Part shown: one piece after another, positions 46,035 to 56,838 of the stretch
Layout: each line of letters starts with the position of its first letter
Numbering within the stretch: the first letter of the stretch is position 1
From: a candidate division TM6 bacterium UASB124
Lineage (GTDB): Bacteria; Babelota; Babeliae; Babelales; RVW-14
Reading direction: 5' to 3'
Assembly (NCBI GenBank): GCA_945897315.1
Contig: CAMDFF010000002.1
Coordinates: 23,992 to 87,991, forward strand
Length of the DNA: 64,000 bases
Translations under genes and position numbers: made by a program
Notes under the pieces: model-generated
The model's database searches: none
What the model was told of the DNA's origin: nothing
The model's input: only the letters and a program-made list of their open reading frames with translations

Positions 46035-47241
46035 GGTGGTCTCCTTTAAGTATATTTTCGTATAACTGTGCTATTTGGTTACGTTGGTGAAGTAGCGAAA
46101 ATTTTGTTGTGCAATATTCGTAGCCAGCCTGTCCCATTGAGATACGCTTTTGCTGATCGGTTAATAATAAGATAAGTGCGTCAGCCCATGCATCACTATT
46201 ATTATGAGGTATTAATAGTCCGGTGGTCTTGTCAATTACTAGCTCATCTAGTGGTGCCAAGCAAGAAGCAATGACAGGTTTTTTCATGAATCCTGCTTCG
46301 ATGATTGGACGTGCGAAGTGACCAACAGTTGCAGGGAATACAATAATATCAGAAGCGGCCATTGCAGCAGGAATGTCGTTAATGGCACCAAGTAATACTA
46401 CATTTTTTGGGTGCTTGGCTACAACACTGAGTACGTTTGCTATGTAGCGCGATGATGGCGTAAGGTTTATATAGTTATTATCTTTTTGCTCAGGGAAATA
46501 GCCAGCAATAAGAAGTTGTGTGGTCGGCAGCTTTTTAAGCACCTGTTCAAATGCATATAGCAGCGGGAGGGTCCCTTTTTCCCGTGAACAGCCGCCAACA
46601 AAGAGTATTCGTAGGCTATTCTGTAAGTCATATTTCTCGCAAAATTGTTTTTTGTCGCGAGCGCTATCAAATTGCTCTGGGGGAACAGCATTATAAATAA
46701 TCAATAATTTTTTACTGTTGGTCCATGGTAACCCATCATTTTTTGATATGGCGACAATAGTTGTTGCAAAAGTTGCGACGCACCATCGAATAAAATTTTT
46801 ACGTAGTCCATAGTAGCCATCAGCAAGAGGCTCGCGAATATGCCATACGATGGGAATGTGCATGAACCAAGCTGCTGCGCCCCAAGCAATGAGGGAGCTG
46901 GTATTGAGGTGAACCAACGCAGGACGTTCTTTGCGGTATATTTTAGGGGCTATAATAAAAAAAGTAATAATAGTGTGAATAATAGCCCTACACACATGGT
47001 GTGGATGATACCACCTAAACCACCAAATTTTAGTGTGTGCAAAATCATACCAGCCTATAGGGCCTACGGTGGGAATATTATTTTTCTTAAAAAGATCACA
47101 TGCTGCAGAATTATGCAAAAAAACTACAACAGGCCTGTAAAGCTGCCAAGATAGTTGCTGCACGAGATACAATAAACTAAGTGGAGCACCGCCAAGCCCT
47201 TTACCATGATGAATGAAAAGAATCTTCTTCTGGTGCTCCAT
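46015..47241 (-). CDS. glycosyltransferase, GT4-like
   Basis: MEHQKKILFIHHGKGLGGAPLSL, and a C-terminal GT-B half (FPATVGHFARPIIEAGFMKKPVIAS). I moved the start from 47325 to avoid overlapping ugd. Confidence 0.7.
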   Translation of the reverse strand: MEHQKKILFIHHGKGLGGAPLSLLYLVQQLSWQLYRPVVVFLHNSAACDLFKKNNIPTVGPIGWYDFAHTKIWWFRWYHPHHVCRAIIHTIITFFIIAPKIYRKERPALVHLNTSSLIAWGAAAWFMHIPIVWHIREPLADGYYGLRKNFIRWCVATFATTIVAISKNDGLPWTNSKKLLIIYNAVPPEQFDSARDKKQFCEKYDLQNSLRILFVGGCSREKGTLPLLYAFEQVLKKLPTTQLLIAGYFPEQKDNNYINLTPSSRYIANVLSVVAKHPKNVVLLGAINDIPAAMAASDIIVFPATVGHFARPIIEAGFMKKPVIASCLAPLDELVIDKTTGLLIPHNNSDAWADALILLLTDQQKRISMGQAGYEYCTTKFSLLHQRNQIAQLYENILKGDHHEPLGS

Positions 47242-47251
47242 AAAAATTGCC

Positions 47252-48643
47252 TTATTGCCAAGCGCTTGAGTCATGTTGGGTAGCAGCAACATGATAATGA
47301 TTGAGTGGAACATCATCTGTAACACTATTGCGACCTATACAATAATATGAAACACCAAGGGCTTTCATATCTTCTGGCGCAAAGCAATTGCGTCCATCAA
47401 AAACAACTCTATCTTTCAGCTGTAAAAAGTGTGACGGAATTGTTGTAGTGAACTCTGCCCATTCAGTAAGCAAGACTAAAAAGTCTGCATTTTGCAATAC
47501 CTGTTGGCCCTGATCTGCATAGGTAATGAGATCACCAAATATTTTTTTAATATTTTCTGTTGCAACAGGGTCGTATACAATGACGTTTGCGCCTTGTTCA
47601 AGTAGCTTCTTAATGACGTCAATAGCAGGCGCGCTACGAATATCATCGGTTTCTGGTTTGAAAGCCAGGCCCCAAATGCCGGCGGTTTTTGTTGCAAGTG
47701 CTGGTCCATAGTGGTTGGTAATTTGATGGCTAAACCAAACACGTTGTACGTGATTAATATTTTCTACTTCTTTAACCAAGGTCATTGGGTAATGCTGCTC
47801 CATACCCATGTGAACGAGAGCTGCAACATCTTTTGGAAAACAGCTACCACCATAGCCAATGCCAGCATTCAAAAAGTGTGCTCCAATGCGACGATCTTGC
47901 GCCATACCATGCTTGACTTGATGAATATCTGCACCAAGTTTGTCAGCAAGATGTGCAAGTTGGTTCATAAAACTGATGCGTGTTGCAAGCATTGCATTAG
48001 AAGCATATTTAGTGAGCTCTGCCGATGGTTGAGTCATGACCAAAAATTGCTTATCACTTGTTAGAAATGGCTTATAAAGCTCATAGAGTGCTTCTGCTGA
48101 TTCTTCTGAGCGTACACCAATGACAACACGATCAGGCATTAAAAAGTCATTAACAGCATCGCCTTCTTTTAAAAACTCAGGGTTTGATGCAACGTCAAAT
48201 GCAATTTTAACATTACGCTCGGTAAGTTTAGCCGCAATAATGGTTTCAACTTTTGCAGCAGTGCCGACCGGTACCGTTGATTTGTTTACGATGATTGTAT
48301 ATTGCTCCATATGCATGCCAATTTCAGCTGCAACTATTTCTACAAATGATAAGTCTGCGGCGCCGTTTGGCAGCGATGGGGTACCAACACAAGAGAATAC
48401 AAATTCCGGTTGTTGGCTGAGCGCTTCTTGAATGGTGCTGACAAAAGTGATGGTTTTTTTTGCTAAGGCATCTTGCACAATGATATCAAGATGTGGCTCA
48501 TAGAAAGGAATAGCTCCCTTGAGGAGCTGGTCAATTTTATCTTGGTTATTATCAACGATGGTAACACGGTTACCTTTTTGTGCAAAACATGCACCAGTGA
48601 CCAGGCCGACATAACCAGCACCGATGATGGCAATTTTCTTCAT
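47252..48643 (-). CDS. ugd: UDP-glucose 6-dehydrogenase
   Basis: MKKIAIIGAGYVGLVTGACFA, the catalytic-Cys loop GYGGSCFPKD, and GLAFKPETDDIR. Confidence 0.9.
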   Translation of the reverse strand: MKKIAIIGAGYVGLVTGACFAQKGNRVTIVDNNQDKIDQLLKGAIPFYEPHLDIIVQDALAKKTITFVSTIQEALSQQPEFVFSCVGTPSLPNGAADLSFVEIVAAEIGMHMEQYTIIVNKSTVPVGTAAKVETIIAAKLTERNVKIAFDVASNPEFLKEGDAVNDFLMPDRVVIGVRSEESAEALYELYKPFLTSDKQFLVMTQPSAELTKYASNAMLATRISFMNQLAHLADKLGADIHQVKHGMAQDRRIGAHFLNAGIGYGGSCFPKDVAALVHMGMEQHYPMTLVKEVENINHVQRVWFSHQITNHYGPALATKTAGIWGLAFKPETDDIRSAPAIDVIKKLLEQGANVIVYDPVATENIKKIFGDLITYADQGQQVLQNADFLVLLTEWAEFTTTIPSHFLQLKDRVVFDGRNCFAPEDMKALGVSYYCIGRNSVTDDVPLNHYHVAATQHDSSAWQ

Positions 48644-48655
48644 CCAGACTCCTTT

Positions 48656-49822
48656 TTAAGCTTTTGTGTGGCTTTTTCTCTTATTTAAAATGTCCATCCA
48701 ACAGGCATATGTTTGTTCTGCAATTGCTTGGTGTGAATATTTTGTGCGTGCGTGGTTGAGTCCTTGTTGTCCGAGAGCCTGTCTTAGTCCATCATCTTGC
48801 ATTAAAGTCTTTAATTGGGCAAGTAGTGATTGGGTATTCTTTTGTTCAAAAATGAGGCCGAAAATATCAATGACATAAGGGATTTCTCCAGCATTGCTTC
48901 CAATGACTGCGACTCCGCACGCCATAGCTTCAACAATGACATGGCCAAATTGTTCACGCCAATGCGGGGTGTCATATGATGGAAGAACCAAGATATCTAT
49001 GTTGTTTATGAGTCCTGCAACTTGCTCATGAGGGACTGGATCAATAATAAAACTACGTTCATGCAAATTATGATGTAGAATGGCTTGCTCTAACTGCTCT
49101 TTGTGAGAGCCTTTCCCGATAAAAACTAAGTCCCAGTCAGGAAAGAGGTATGCTAGATCAGCAAATGCTGCCAAGAGCGTTAGAATACCCTTTTCTGGCG
49201 TAAATCTGCCAACAAAGCCAACTCGTTTTTTGCCACTACGTGGTTGAGGGTCTGGCTTAAATATATCAGTATCAACGCCTAGTTGAGGAATAATATAAAT
49301 AGGTTTTGAAAAATTTTTCTTTTGCAATATGATTCCTGCATCGTGATTGCCAACAATCGCTCCGTGGGCACTTGCAAGGTTGAGTTGTTCAATAGGATGC
49401 AAGAGAAGTCTATGTTTAAAACTTTCTTTTTGTTCCCAGTTGATCCATGTAAAAAAGAGTGACGTTACCTGACTGTTGAGCATTTTGCCAATAATGTTTG
49501 CTTGTGCATAGCTAATAGCAGAGCACCCTTGTTCAACGTGAATTATCGTTGGTTTGGCTTCACGCATAATACGATACAACTGGTATGTTTTGTACGAGTA
49601 GAGTAACTCGTTGCCTGCTTTCCGTGCATCGAGTGCAACAAAACGACAATTTGGTAAATAGTACTCATCAGAAATATCAGCAACATGATCAAAAAGCGTT
49701 GTAGTCCATTTATTTGGGAATATTACAGTGATATTTATTGTTGGATAAAGTTGAGCAATAGTAACCCATTTTTTACGGTTAATGGGGGCTATATACGTGT
49801 GCCCGATGATGATAATATTCAT
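48656..49822 (-). CDS. glycosyltransferase, GT4
   Basis: GRFTPEKGILTLLAAF and EQFGHVIVEAMACGVAVIGSNAGEIPYVI. Confidence 0.8.
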   Translation of the reverse strand: MNIIIIGHTYIAPINRKKWVTIAQLYPTINITVIFPNKWTTTLFDHVADISDEYYLPNCRFVALDARKAGNELLYSYKTYQLYRIMREAKPTIIHVEQGCSAISYAQANIIGKMLNSQVTSLFFTWINWEQKESFKHRLLLHPIEQLNLASAHGAIVGNHDAGIILQKKNFSKPIYIIPQLGVDTDIFKPDPQPRSGKKRVGFVGRFTPEKGILTLLAAFADLAYLFPDWDLVFIGKGSHKEQLEQAILHHNLHERSFIIDPVPHEQVAGLINNIDILVLPSYDTPHWREQFGHVIVEAMACGVAVIGSNAGEIPYVIDIFGLIFEQKNTQSLLAQLKTLMQDDGLRQALGQQGLNHARTKYSHQAIAEQTYACWMDILNKRKSHTKA

Positions 49823-51102
49823 AGCCTAGTCTCTCTAAGGGCGTTGAATGGACGAGATTCTTGTGGAAGCGAAAGATCTTGCTTGGCTTTATCTACTATT
49901 TCAAAATGTTGTGCTAGCTCAGGGTACGCAACTGTTAACCCTTCTTTAAAGCGAGCATATATCGTTGGTTTTGAAAATTGTTTTTCAATGAGTTGCTTTG
50001 CGTTGAATGAGAGCGCTTGTGCGTGATAGTGGTTTAACAGAATAGCGTGTGCATGATGTGCCATTTCCATATCATTATTGATGGGAACAAGGTACCCCGT
50101 AGTACCGTTGATGACATAGTCGGCTGTACCACCGCAATCAGTTGAGACAACTGGTAGGCCATAATGCATTGCTTCTAGTCCAACAATACCAAGTCCCTCT
50201 TGATAAGAGGTAATGAGCATGAGTTGCGAGCGCTGATAAAAAAGGTGTAAATCATCACTGCTGACTTGGCCTGTAAAAATAATATTTTTATATGAACTGT
50301 AGTTAATAAAAGGAAAGAGGGTTTCAGCATCTGGCTTCATGCCAACGATGTAGAGCACAAGCTTATGATTGCGTTCATATAATAGCTGGAATACGCGCAG
50401 AAGCATGCCAATGTTTTTTCTTGGATCGCTGAAGCGGCCAACAGCAATAATAGCTTCTTCTTTTTTGCTATCAAATTGTTGATATATACTTGTGTCGATT
50501 GGAAATCCGCAGCGAACTATTGCTTCTGTTTTATCTCCTAGTTTTGCTAGGAAATCTTTTTCTGCATATGCGCTGTATGCCCAAATGTATGATGCTTGTC
50601 TTAAAATAGTGGCTTCAAGCGTGTTCATAATACCCTTGGCGCAAACATTAATAAAAGCACGCAGCCCTCGCAGTTTTTTTTCACGCTCTGCGCGATCTTC
50701 ATTGTATGAGGTTGCTATCCACATCACATATTTTTTGTTTAGTATTTGTGCTGGATGTGCTGCAATACAGGTGCCGCTAACAACAAAAATATAATCGAAA
50801 TCTTTTAAATAGGCTTTCCAAGTGTCTCTGGTGAACCAGTAGTGTCCTGGTTCCCAAAAGCCCCATCGTGCGCCAACTTCTATGCAGTTCATGCCAAAAT
50901 AGGTAAGCGATTTTGCAGTCGATGTAAACTTGCCTTTTTTAAGATGCATGCCGACATCAGAACCAAATCCAAGAAAGAAAACAGTTGGTTCAAAATAGAT
51001 GCTCGTAAACTCATATACAACTTTTAAGCTCGATAGCACACCGCCATAATTATATGTATTACGCAGTGTTAGAATCGCTATCCGTGGTTTTTTTATAAGC
51101 AT
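49819..51102 (-). CDS. glycosyltransferase, GT4
   Basis: GRFSDPRKNIGMLLRVF and YQEGLGIVGLEAMHYGLPVVSTDCGGTADYV. Confidence 0.75.
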   Translation of the reverse strand: MLIKKPRIAILTLRNTYNYGGVLSSLKVVYEFTSIYFEPTVFFLGFGSDVGMHLKKGKFTSTAKSLTYFGMNCIEVGARWGFWEPGHYWFTRDTWKAYLKDFDYIFVVSGTCIAAHPAQILNKKYVMWIATSYNEDRAEREKKLRGLRAFINVCAKGIMNTLEATILRQASYIWAYSAYAEKDFLAKLGDKTEAIVRCGFPIDTSIYQQFDSKKEEAIIAVGRFSDPRKNIGMLLRVFQLLYERNHKLVLYIVGMKPDAETLFPFINYSSYKNIIFTGQVSSDDLHLFYQRSQLMLITSYQEGLGIVGLEAMHYGLPVVSTDCGGTADYVINGTTGYLVPINNDMEMAHHAHAILLNHYHAQALSFNAKQLIEKQFSKPTIYARFKEGLTVAYPELAQHFEIVDKAKQDLSLPQESRPFNALRETRL

Positions 51103-51115
51103 AATACGAAGATCC

Positions 51116-52186
51116 TTAGCGTAGGGCAGGGCACTCTTCTAAGTAATGATGCAGCTGTTTTTGCAAGGTGTAATGCTGGGCAGCAACAAAGCTGCGCTCG
51201 CTCATTGTTTCTCGTGCCTGCGTGTCATGAAGATAAGTGTTGATCTTTTCTACTAACTCGTCAATGCCTTCAAAGCAGGCAATGGAATAATCTTCTTGAA
51301 AGAAGAGCTTGGATTGTTGATCGGTGCGCTCAGTTAGCAGGAATGATTTTGTTGCAGGAACCTCGAAGGTGCGCATGTTGTGGGCATGTGCATTTTGTGC
51401 TCTCAGCAGATTGAGGATGATTTTTGATTTTTTATAAATATCGATCATTGCATCAGCATAAATAGCCTTTCCCATCAGATGTTTTTTGATATGCGAAGAA
51501 GTTGCATGCTCATGCCAGCCGTTTCCCCAGATGCCAAATGTAACGTTTGGTAGTCGCATTATTGCTTGCTCCAAAAATGCTTCTCGTTCTGGCTCCCATG
51601 TGCCAATAAAACAGATATCGATCTGTTCGTTCTCTCTTGCTCTCTGAGCGTTGTCTTTCGACGAGCTCAGGATGTGCGGTTTTTGTTTATCATTATAAAT
51701 AGTGTCGTCATAAGCAAACGGGAAAGAGCACACGTGAGGGGACCCTGAAGCCAGGAGTGCTGGGGTAAGTATGGGTGACCACGATAAAAAACAGTCAAAT
51801 AGTGGCAGCGATTTTAAAATAGACTCTGTTGAGTTACCGTTCCAGAGGGCGTATGGATTATCCGGGTAAAAATTGACGACACGCGCACCAGCTGATTTGA
51901 TGGCCGCGATAGTGCGTGGGGTGATGTGTTGTCCCTTGAGAATAAAGACCAGTGACGGGCTATGTTGTTTTACTGCTGCCAGAATAGTTTTATTTATGCC
52001 TGCTATTGCAAGTGGCAGAGCAATTTTATTAATTACTGGAGTGTTCTGAAATGGTCCAACTGGGCTGCAATCTACCTGTGCTGTTTCGTAACCTAGTAGT
52101 TGAAACGTTTTATAAAATGATGATGCATAGGTATAAATATTCGGGTCGGTACTAAATTTACCAACAATAAGTACTTTCTTATTCAT
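51116..52186 (-). CDS. CgeB-like glycosyltransferase-family protein (Glyco_trans_1_2 type)
   Basis: CFIGTWEPEREAFLEQ...NLLRAQNAHAHNMRTFEVPATKSFLLTE resembles CgeB/DUF3880-type proteins. I chose the start at MNKKVLIVGKF. Confidence 0.5.
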   Translation of the reverse strand: MNKKVLIVGKFSTDPNIYTYASSFYKTFQLLGYETAQVDCSPVGPFQNTPVINKIALPLAIAGINKTILAAVKQHSPSLVFILKGQHITPRTIAAIKSAGARVVNFYPDNPYALWNGNSTESILKSLPLFDCFLSWSPILTPALLASGSPHVCSFPFAYDDTIYNDKQKPHILSSSKDNAQRARENEQIDICFIGTWEPEREAFLEQAIMRLPNVTFGIWGNGWHEHATSSHIKKHLMGKAIYADAMIDIYKKSKIILNLLRAQNAHAHNMRTFEVPATKSFLLTERTDQQSKLFFQEDYSIACFEGIDELVEKINTYLHDTQARETMSERSFVAAQHYTLQKQLHHYLEECPALR

Positions 52187-53351
52187 GGCCAACCAATTTT
52201 TTATAGACCTGAAAGACTTTTTCGCCATATGCATCCCATGAAAAGGCCTGAATGTGATTATGTGCTTGTTGCCCAATCTGTGCAGCAGCGGTACGATTTT
52301 GGTAGCACCAGGTTATCTGTTGTGCGAGTGCGCTAATATCGTAGGGACTGTATAAAAAACCCGTGGTGCCATGTGTGACCAAGTCTTGTCCGCCTGTGTG
52401 GGTGCTGACAATGACTGGCAGCCCCGTGGCCATTGCTTCGCCGATTACCATTGCAAGGCCCTCTTGCACTGATGGCAGCACGAAAGCACTTGCTTGATGG
52501 TATTGCTCTCTGAGAGCTTCGCGCGTTATGCCACCCAGAAAAGATACGTTGATGCTATGGGGTAATTTATTCTTAATGAGTAAGAAATCTTTTTGAATTG
52601 AGCCAACAATTATTAACTCTGTATCGTTAATGGGTAATTGTGCCTGTTGCCATGCATGTAATAAATAATCAATACCCTTTTGCAAGCTGACCATACCAAC
52701 AAAAAGCAGTCTAAATTTTTTTCTCAGACGGGGCAGTTGAGGAGGTTTGAAAAAGCTAAGATCGACACCATATGGCACAACAGCTATTTTCGCAGCATTA
52801 AAACCTTTATCAAGAAAGCTCTGTTGCACAAAGCTTGATGGTGTCATGATGAGGTCTGCTTCTTCGTATTCCAATCGTGCCTGATCTTGTCTTTTTTTAT
52901 TGTGACTGGTGAAAGTAAGACCATAACGGGCGTATTCTTGCTGGATTAATAACTCTTGTGTGTCTGTGTGGCATGAGCCGGTTTCAAGAATAATTTTTGA
53001 TGCTTGAATGCGTTTTGTTGGCAAGGAGTGGTGCAAAAAACCAGACCAGCCGACAAGAAGATCGAATTGAGTTTCGTGCGGCAAGGCTTTGCTGACTCCG
53101 CGCTCAAAAATCCTGTCTTTAAAGCTATTAAATGTTGTGCGATTAATAACACGTGCAAGCCGTGCTTTTTCAAAAATGGTATTGAGAAGACCACAGGTTT
53201 TGTTGTGAGCAACGTAGGAGGGAGGTACCTTCTGTGCGTCACGTGTGGTGTAATCAAATGTGTACAGCCGTTGCAGAGCGTTACGCTTAAGAAGTTGCTG
53301 CGCAAGGGCATATGCGTGAAAACGGCCACCAGAGCATACAATTACCTTCAT
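52179..53351 (-). CDS. glycosyltransferase, GT4
   Basis: The start is MKVIVCSGGRFHAY. It also has VGMVSLQKGIDYLLHAW and VQEGLAMVIGEAMATGLPVIVSTHTGGQDLV. Confidence 0.75.
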   Translation of the reverse strand: MKVIVCSGGRFHAYALAQQLLKRNALQRLYTFDYTTRDAQKVPPSYVAHNKTCGLLNTIFEKARLARVINRTTFNSFKDRIFERGVSKALPHETQFDLLVGWSGFLHHSLPTKRIQASKIILETGSCHTDTQELLIQQEYARYGLTFTSHNKKRQDQARLEYEEADLIMTPSSFVQQSFLDKGFNAAKIAVVPYGVDLSFFKPPQLPRLRKKFRLLFVGMVSLQKGIDYLLHAWQQAQLPINDTELIIVGSIQKDFLLIKNKLPHSINVSFLGGITREALREQYHQASAFVLPSVQEGLAMVIGEAMATGLPVIVSTHTGGQDLVTHGTTGFLYSPYDISALAQQITWCYQNRTAAAQIGQQAHNHIQAFSWDAYGEKVFQVYKKLVGHE

Positions 53352-54289
53352 GATACAAATTGCCTGAAGTAATCGATTGTTTTTTTGAGTCCGGTGGGTA
53401 AGTTCACCGTTGGCTGCCAATTGAGCAGTTGTTTTGCTAGGGTAATATCTGGTTGTCTGCGTGTTGGATCATCTTCTGGAAGGGGCATCATGACAATGTT
53501 GAGCTTACGGCCAAGTACGCTCTCAAGAGTTTCTACCAGCTCTTTGAGTGTAAACTCGATGGGGTTGCCCAGATTAATTGGTCCAGCGACTGAAACATCA
53601 CTCTGCATCATAGCCATAATTCCATTAATTAAATCATCAACATAACAAAATGAGCGCGTTTGGTTGCCTGTGCCGTACAGTGTAATGGGCTCGCCACGCA
53701 GTGCTTGCATAATAAAGTTGCTTACCACGCGACCATCAAGCGGGTCCATGCCAGGGCCGTACGTATTAAAAATACGAATAACTTTAATATCGAGGTTGTG
53801 CATGCGTTTATAATCGAAAAAAAGTGATTCGGCTACGCGTTTGCCTTCGTCATAGCATGCACGAGGACCCGTGGTGTGCACATTGCCCCAGTACTGTTCC
53901 GTTTGCGGGTGCTGCAGAGGGTTGCCGTATACTTCGCTGGTAGACGCTTGCATGATGCGAGCGCTATTTTGATGGGCAAGCTCGAGCATGTTGAGACTAC
54001 CCATAAAATTTGTTTTTGCTGTAAAAATAGGATCTTTTTGATAGTGCGGAGGCGATGCAGGGCACGCAAAATTAAAAATCCAGTCGCAGGATATGTCTAG
54101 CGGCTGAATGATGTCATGCTCGATAAAAGTGAATTGAGGATGGTTAACGAGTTCCTGTATATTGTGCATGCGGCCTGTGTAGAAATTATCAATTCCGATG
54201 ACATTGAAGCCATCAAGAATTAATCGCTTGGATAAATTACTGCCTAAAAAACCGGCAGCACCTGTGACGAGAACTTTTTTACTTTCCAT
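53348..54289 (-). CDS. uxs: UDP-glucuronate decarboxylase (UDP-xylose synthase), SDR family
   Basis: KKVLVTGAAGFLGSNL...IGIDNFYTGRMHNI...FIEHDIIQPL and YDEGKRVAESL are near-colinear with UXS enzymes as I remember them. Confidence 0.8.
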   Translation of the reverse strand: MESKKVLVTGAAGFLGSNLSKRLILDGFNVIGIDNFYTGRMHNIQELVNHPQFTFIEHDIIQPLDISCDWIFNFACPASPPHYQKDPIFTAKTNFMGSLNMLELAHQNSARIMQASTSEVYGNPLQHPQTEQYWGNVHTTGPRACYDEGKRVAESLFFDYKRMHNLDIKVIRIFNTYGPGMDPLDGRVVSNFIMQALRGEPITLYGTGNQTRSFCYVDDLINGIMAMMQSDVSVAGPINLGNPIEFTLKELVETLESVLGRKLNIVMMPLPEDDPTRRQPDITLAKQLLNWQPTVNLPTGLKKTIDYFRQFVS

Positions 54290-55535
54290 CGTGTTCCATA
54301 CTTTGTTTTAAGATTGTTTTGTATGCTTGCGCGAGGACGGGAGCAACGACATCTTTCATAGTTGTCAGCTCTTCTTCTTCAATGATGACACGTATCTCGG
54401 TGCCGTGAATGTCTGGATTTGTTGCATACTGTTCAGTGAGATTGGCAGAGTCATCTGTGATGCCATACGGGGGAACCTTCCAACAGCCACCTAGAATATG
54501 TACCGTTACTTTTCCGCATTCATGAGTCATTAAAAAGATAATGCGCATTGTTGGTTCATAGACTATATTTTCATACGTGACTTTTTGCGATGGGACAAAT
54601 TCACTGATGATACAATGTGTATCTTTGCTTGTTCGCCAATAGCCTATGCTTTTTGTCTCTTTGGGAGCGAATGGGGTAGTGCCAAATAGGTGCTGTAGGT
54701 GGGTATTAAGGTTCTCAGCGGCTACAACACTTACTCCGCGAGCGCGTGACTGATTGAGTGGTTTAATAATAAACATCGCGGTGGAGGGGAAGCGTGCGAT
54801 TATTTCCTGTGCGAGTTTCTGATTGTAGCGCGCAGGGTAAATGGCGTAATCAGGAATGTAGTTATGCAGTCCAGCATCTTCAAATAATCTATAGGTAGCG
54901 TCTTTGCTATGAAAGTATCTGCTGCTGAGGCTATTAATCAGAACAAAGTGTAGAAAATTATTACTGAAGGCAGAAAATACTGGGGACTGTTGACTGTTGC
55001 GACTTGGTGCTCGGTAGAGGACAATGCCCGTGTGCTCGCGAATAGTTTTTGGTTTTGGAAGAGGGATGTTTTTATGAATGTCGGGGCCAAGTGCTGCGAT
55101 TAAATTGTCAAAGGTGCTTGGGCGGTGCTTGTCGTGTGGGGGCCGCAAAAATGGTTGAAATGATTGGAATGGTAGTTGGCCTACAAACCAGACTGGCAGT
55201 TTGTAGGTGTTGAGCAGATGTTCAATAATGCTCCAATACGGAGTTTCTTGAGTACATTCTTTATTGTTGATGTAGATAGAGTGTCGGCGTATGCCTGAAT
55301 GCTGGCCATTGCCACATTCAATAATTTTAAAGGTGCCGTGGTTGTACTTGATATCGGCAAGCCCAAGTGTAATATCTGCAGGAGCGTTTTCTAGCTCTTT
55401 ATTAAAACTAACATAGGCGCTATTGGCTATTGCCTCAAAATCATGAGGCGAGAGTATTGTTTCTGTTGTGCTGCCTAACAAGTTGCTAAACGATAGGAGC
55501 GTCAAAAATACAGGTGAGATGATGATAGTTTTCAC
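54279..55535 (-). CDS. ATP-grasp-like (TTL-like) protein, paralogue A, hydrophobic N-terminus
   Basis: 418 aa. ADIKYNHGTFKIIECGNG; FIIKPLNQSRARGVSVV; SEFVPSQ...YEPTMRIIFLM...VHILGGCWKVP. The fold call is from motif layout only. Confidence 0.5.
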   Translation of the reverse strand: MKTIIISPVFLTLLSFSNLLGSTTETILSPHDFEAIANSAYVSFNKELENAPADITLGLADIKYNHGTFKIIECGNGQHSGIRRHSIYINNKECTQETPYWSIIEHLLNTYKLPVWFVGQLPFQSFQPFLRPPHDKHRPSTFDNLIAALGPDIHKNIPLPKPKTIREHTGIVLYRAPSRNSQQSPVFSAFSNNFLHFVLINSLSSRYFHSKDATYRLFEDAGLHNYIPDYAIYPARYNQKLAQEIIARFPSTAMFIIKPLNQSRARGVSVVAAENLNTHLQHLFGTTPFAPKETKSIGYWRTSKDTHCIISEFVPSQKVTYENIVYEPTMRIIFLMTHECGKVTVHILGGCWKVPPYGITDDSANLTEQYATNPDIHGTEIRVIIEEEELTTMKDVVAPVLAQAYKTILKQSMEHDGK

Positions 55536-55566
55536 AGCAATTAACTTTCATATAAAAACAGAATTT

Positions 55567-56817
55567 CTATCGTTCTATCAGCATCTGCTCATAAGCTTTT
55601 GCAAGTACGGGCGCCATAAGCTGTTTCATACGAAGACTTTCTGCTTGTTCAAGCAAAATACCGCTGAAATAATCACCTGCGTGGGCAATAGTGACGTGCG
55701 TTTCTGTAGGGTTTGCTAATGATTCATTCAGAGGCTTAACGGGAATTTTCCAAAAACCGCCCAGCACATTAACGTGAATAACGCCTTGATTGTGGTACAT
55801 AATATACATGACGCGCATGGTTGGGTCGTAGGGGTTGCCATCTTTGTAAATTATTTGTGAGGGTACATATTCTGAAGCAACAAAATGAGCTTGTTTGCTA
55901 TACTTCCAGTATGAAAGGCTGCGATGTGCCAATCGAGGGATTTTAGCAGAATCTTGCAGTATAAGTTTTAAAAATGGCTCCAAGCGCGCTTGGTTAATAA
56001 TATTAACGCCATAGCTCAATGAAGAAAATGTTGGTTTTATAACCATGAGATCAGCATTTGGTATCAGTGATCGAATTGTGAATGCTGTTGCGGGATTGTA
56101 CATTGTAGGTAAGACCCCAAACGTTGGAATAAATCTGCTCAGTCCTGCACGGGTAAAGAGATTGTACGTCATATCTTTTTGTTTAAGGTATGCGCGAGCG
56201 GTACTATTTACATACAAAAATTGTGGGTATTTTGTCCGAAATTCTTTGTATTCTTTTCCGTCCCGTTGTTTTTCTCGGTTCATGGGGGCTACGTAAACTA
56301 TAATGCCTGCGGATTGGTTTATGGACACAGGAAGCTGAGAGCTCTTGCTGATTGCTGCTTGGAAATATTCGTCATCTGCTAAAACTTTTAAGCTAGGGGC
56401 GTAGTTAACGTTAAGCTTTTTGCTTTCGCTGATAGCTAAGGCATTTTTATCAGTGATCCCTCCAACGTGCCAGGTTGGGAGATTCAATTGGTGCAACGTA
56501 TGCCATAAAAGCCCCCAAAAGGGAGCAACTAAATTGTATTTTTTTTTATTCATGATGACATCGGTAGCGCGTAAGGACATATAGATCCCATCGCCACATT
56601 CAACAATTTTGAAGGTGCCATGGTCATATTTTACATCTGCGCAGCCAAAGCAAATATCGGGCATCGTATCTGCCAACTGAGGAGCACTGTGTTCAAGAAC
56701 ACTATTCAAGACCGCAGTAATGTCCTCTGGTTTCATATGAAAAGATTGGTACTTATCTCTACAGAATGCTGTGTCTGTACTGACGATCAGGCTGATAATA
56801 GCTATGAAAAATATCAT
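55567..56817 (-). CDS. ATP-grasp-like (TTL-like) protein, paralogue B, hydrophobic N-terminus
   Basis: 416 aa. ADVKYDHGTFKIVECGDG; MVIKPTFSSLSYGVNII; SEYVPSQ...YDPTMRVMYIM...VNVLGGFWKIP. Confidence 0.5.
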   Translation of the reverse strand: MIFFIAIISLIVSTDTAFCRDKYQSFHMKPEDITAVLNSVLEHSAPQLADTMPDICFGCADVKYDHGTFKIVECGDGIYMSLRATDVIMNKKKYNLVAPFWGLLWHTLHQLNLPTWHVGGITDKNALAISESKKLNVNYAPSLKVLADDEYFQAAISKSSQLPVSINQSAGIIVYVAPMNREKQRDGKEYKEFRTKYPQFLYVNSTARAYLKQKDMTYNLFTRAGLSRFIPTFGVLPTMYNPATAFTIRSLIPNADLMVIKPTFSSLSYGVNIINQARLEPFLKLILQDSAKIPRLAHRSLSYWKYSKQAHFVASEYVPSQIIYKDGNPYDPTMRVMYIMYHNQGVIHVNVLGGFWKIPVKPLNESLANPTETHVTIAHAGDYFSGILLEQAESLRMKQLMAPVLAKAYEQMLIER

Positions 56818-56838
56818 GAAAAATATCCAGTCTTTTTA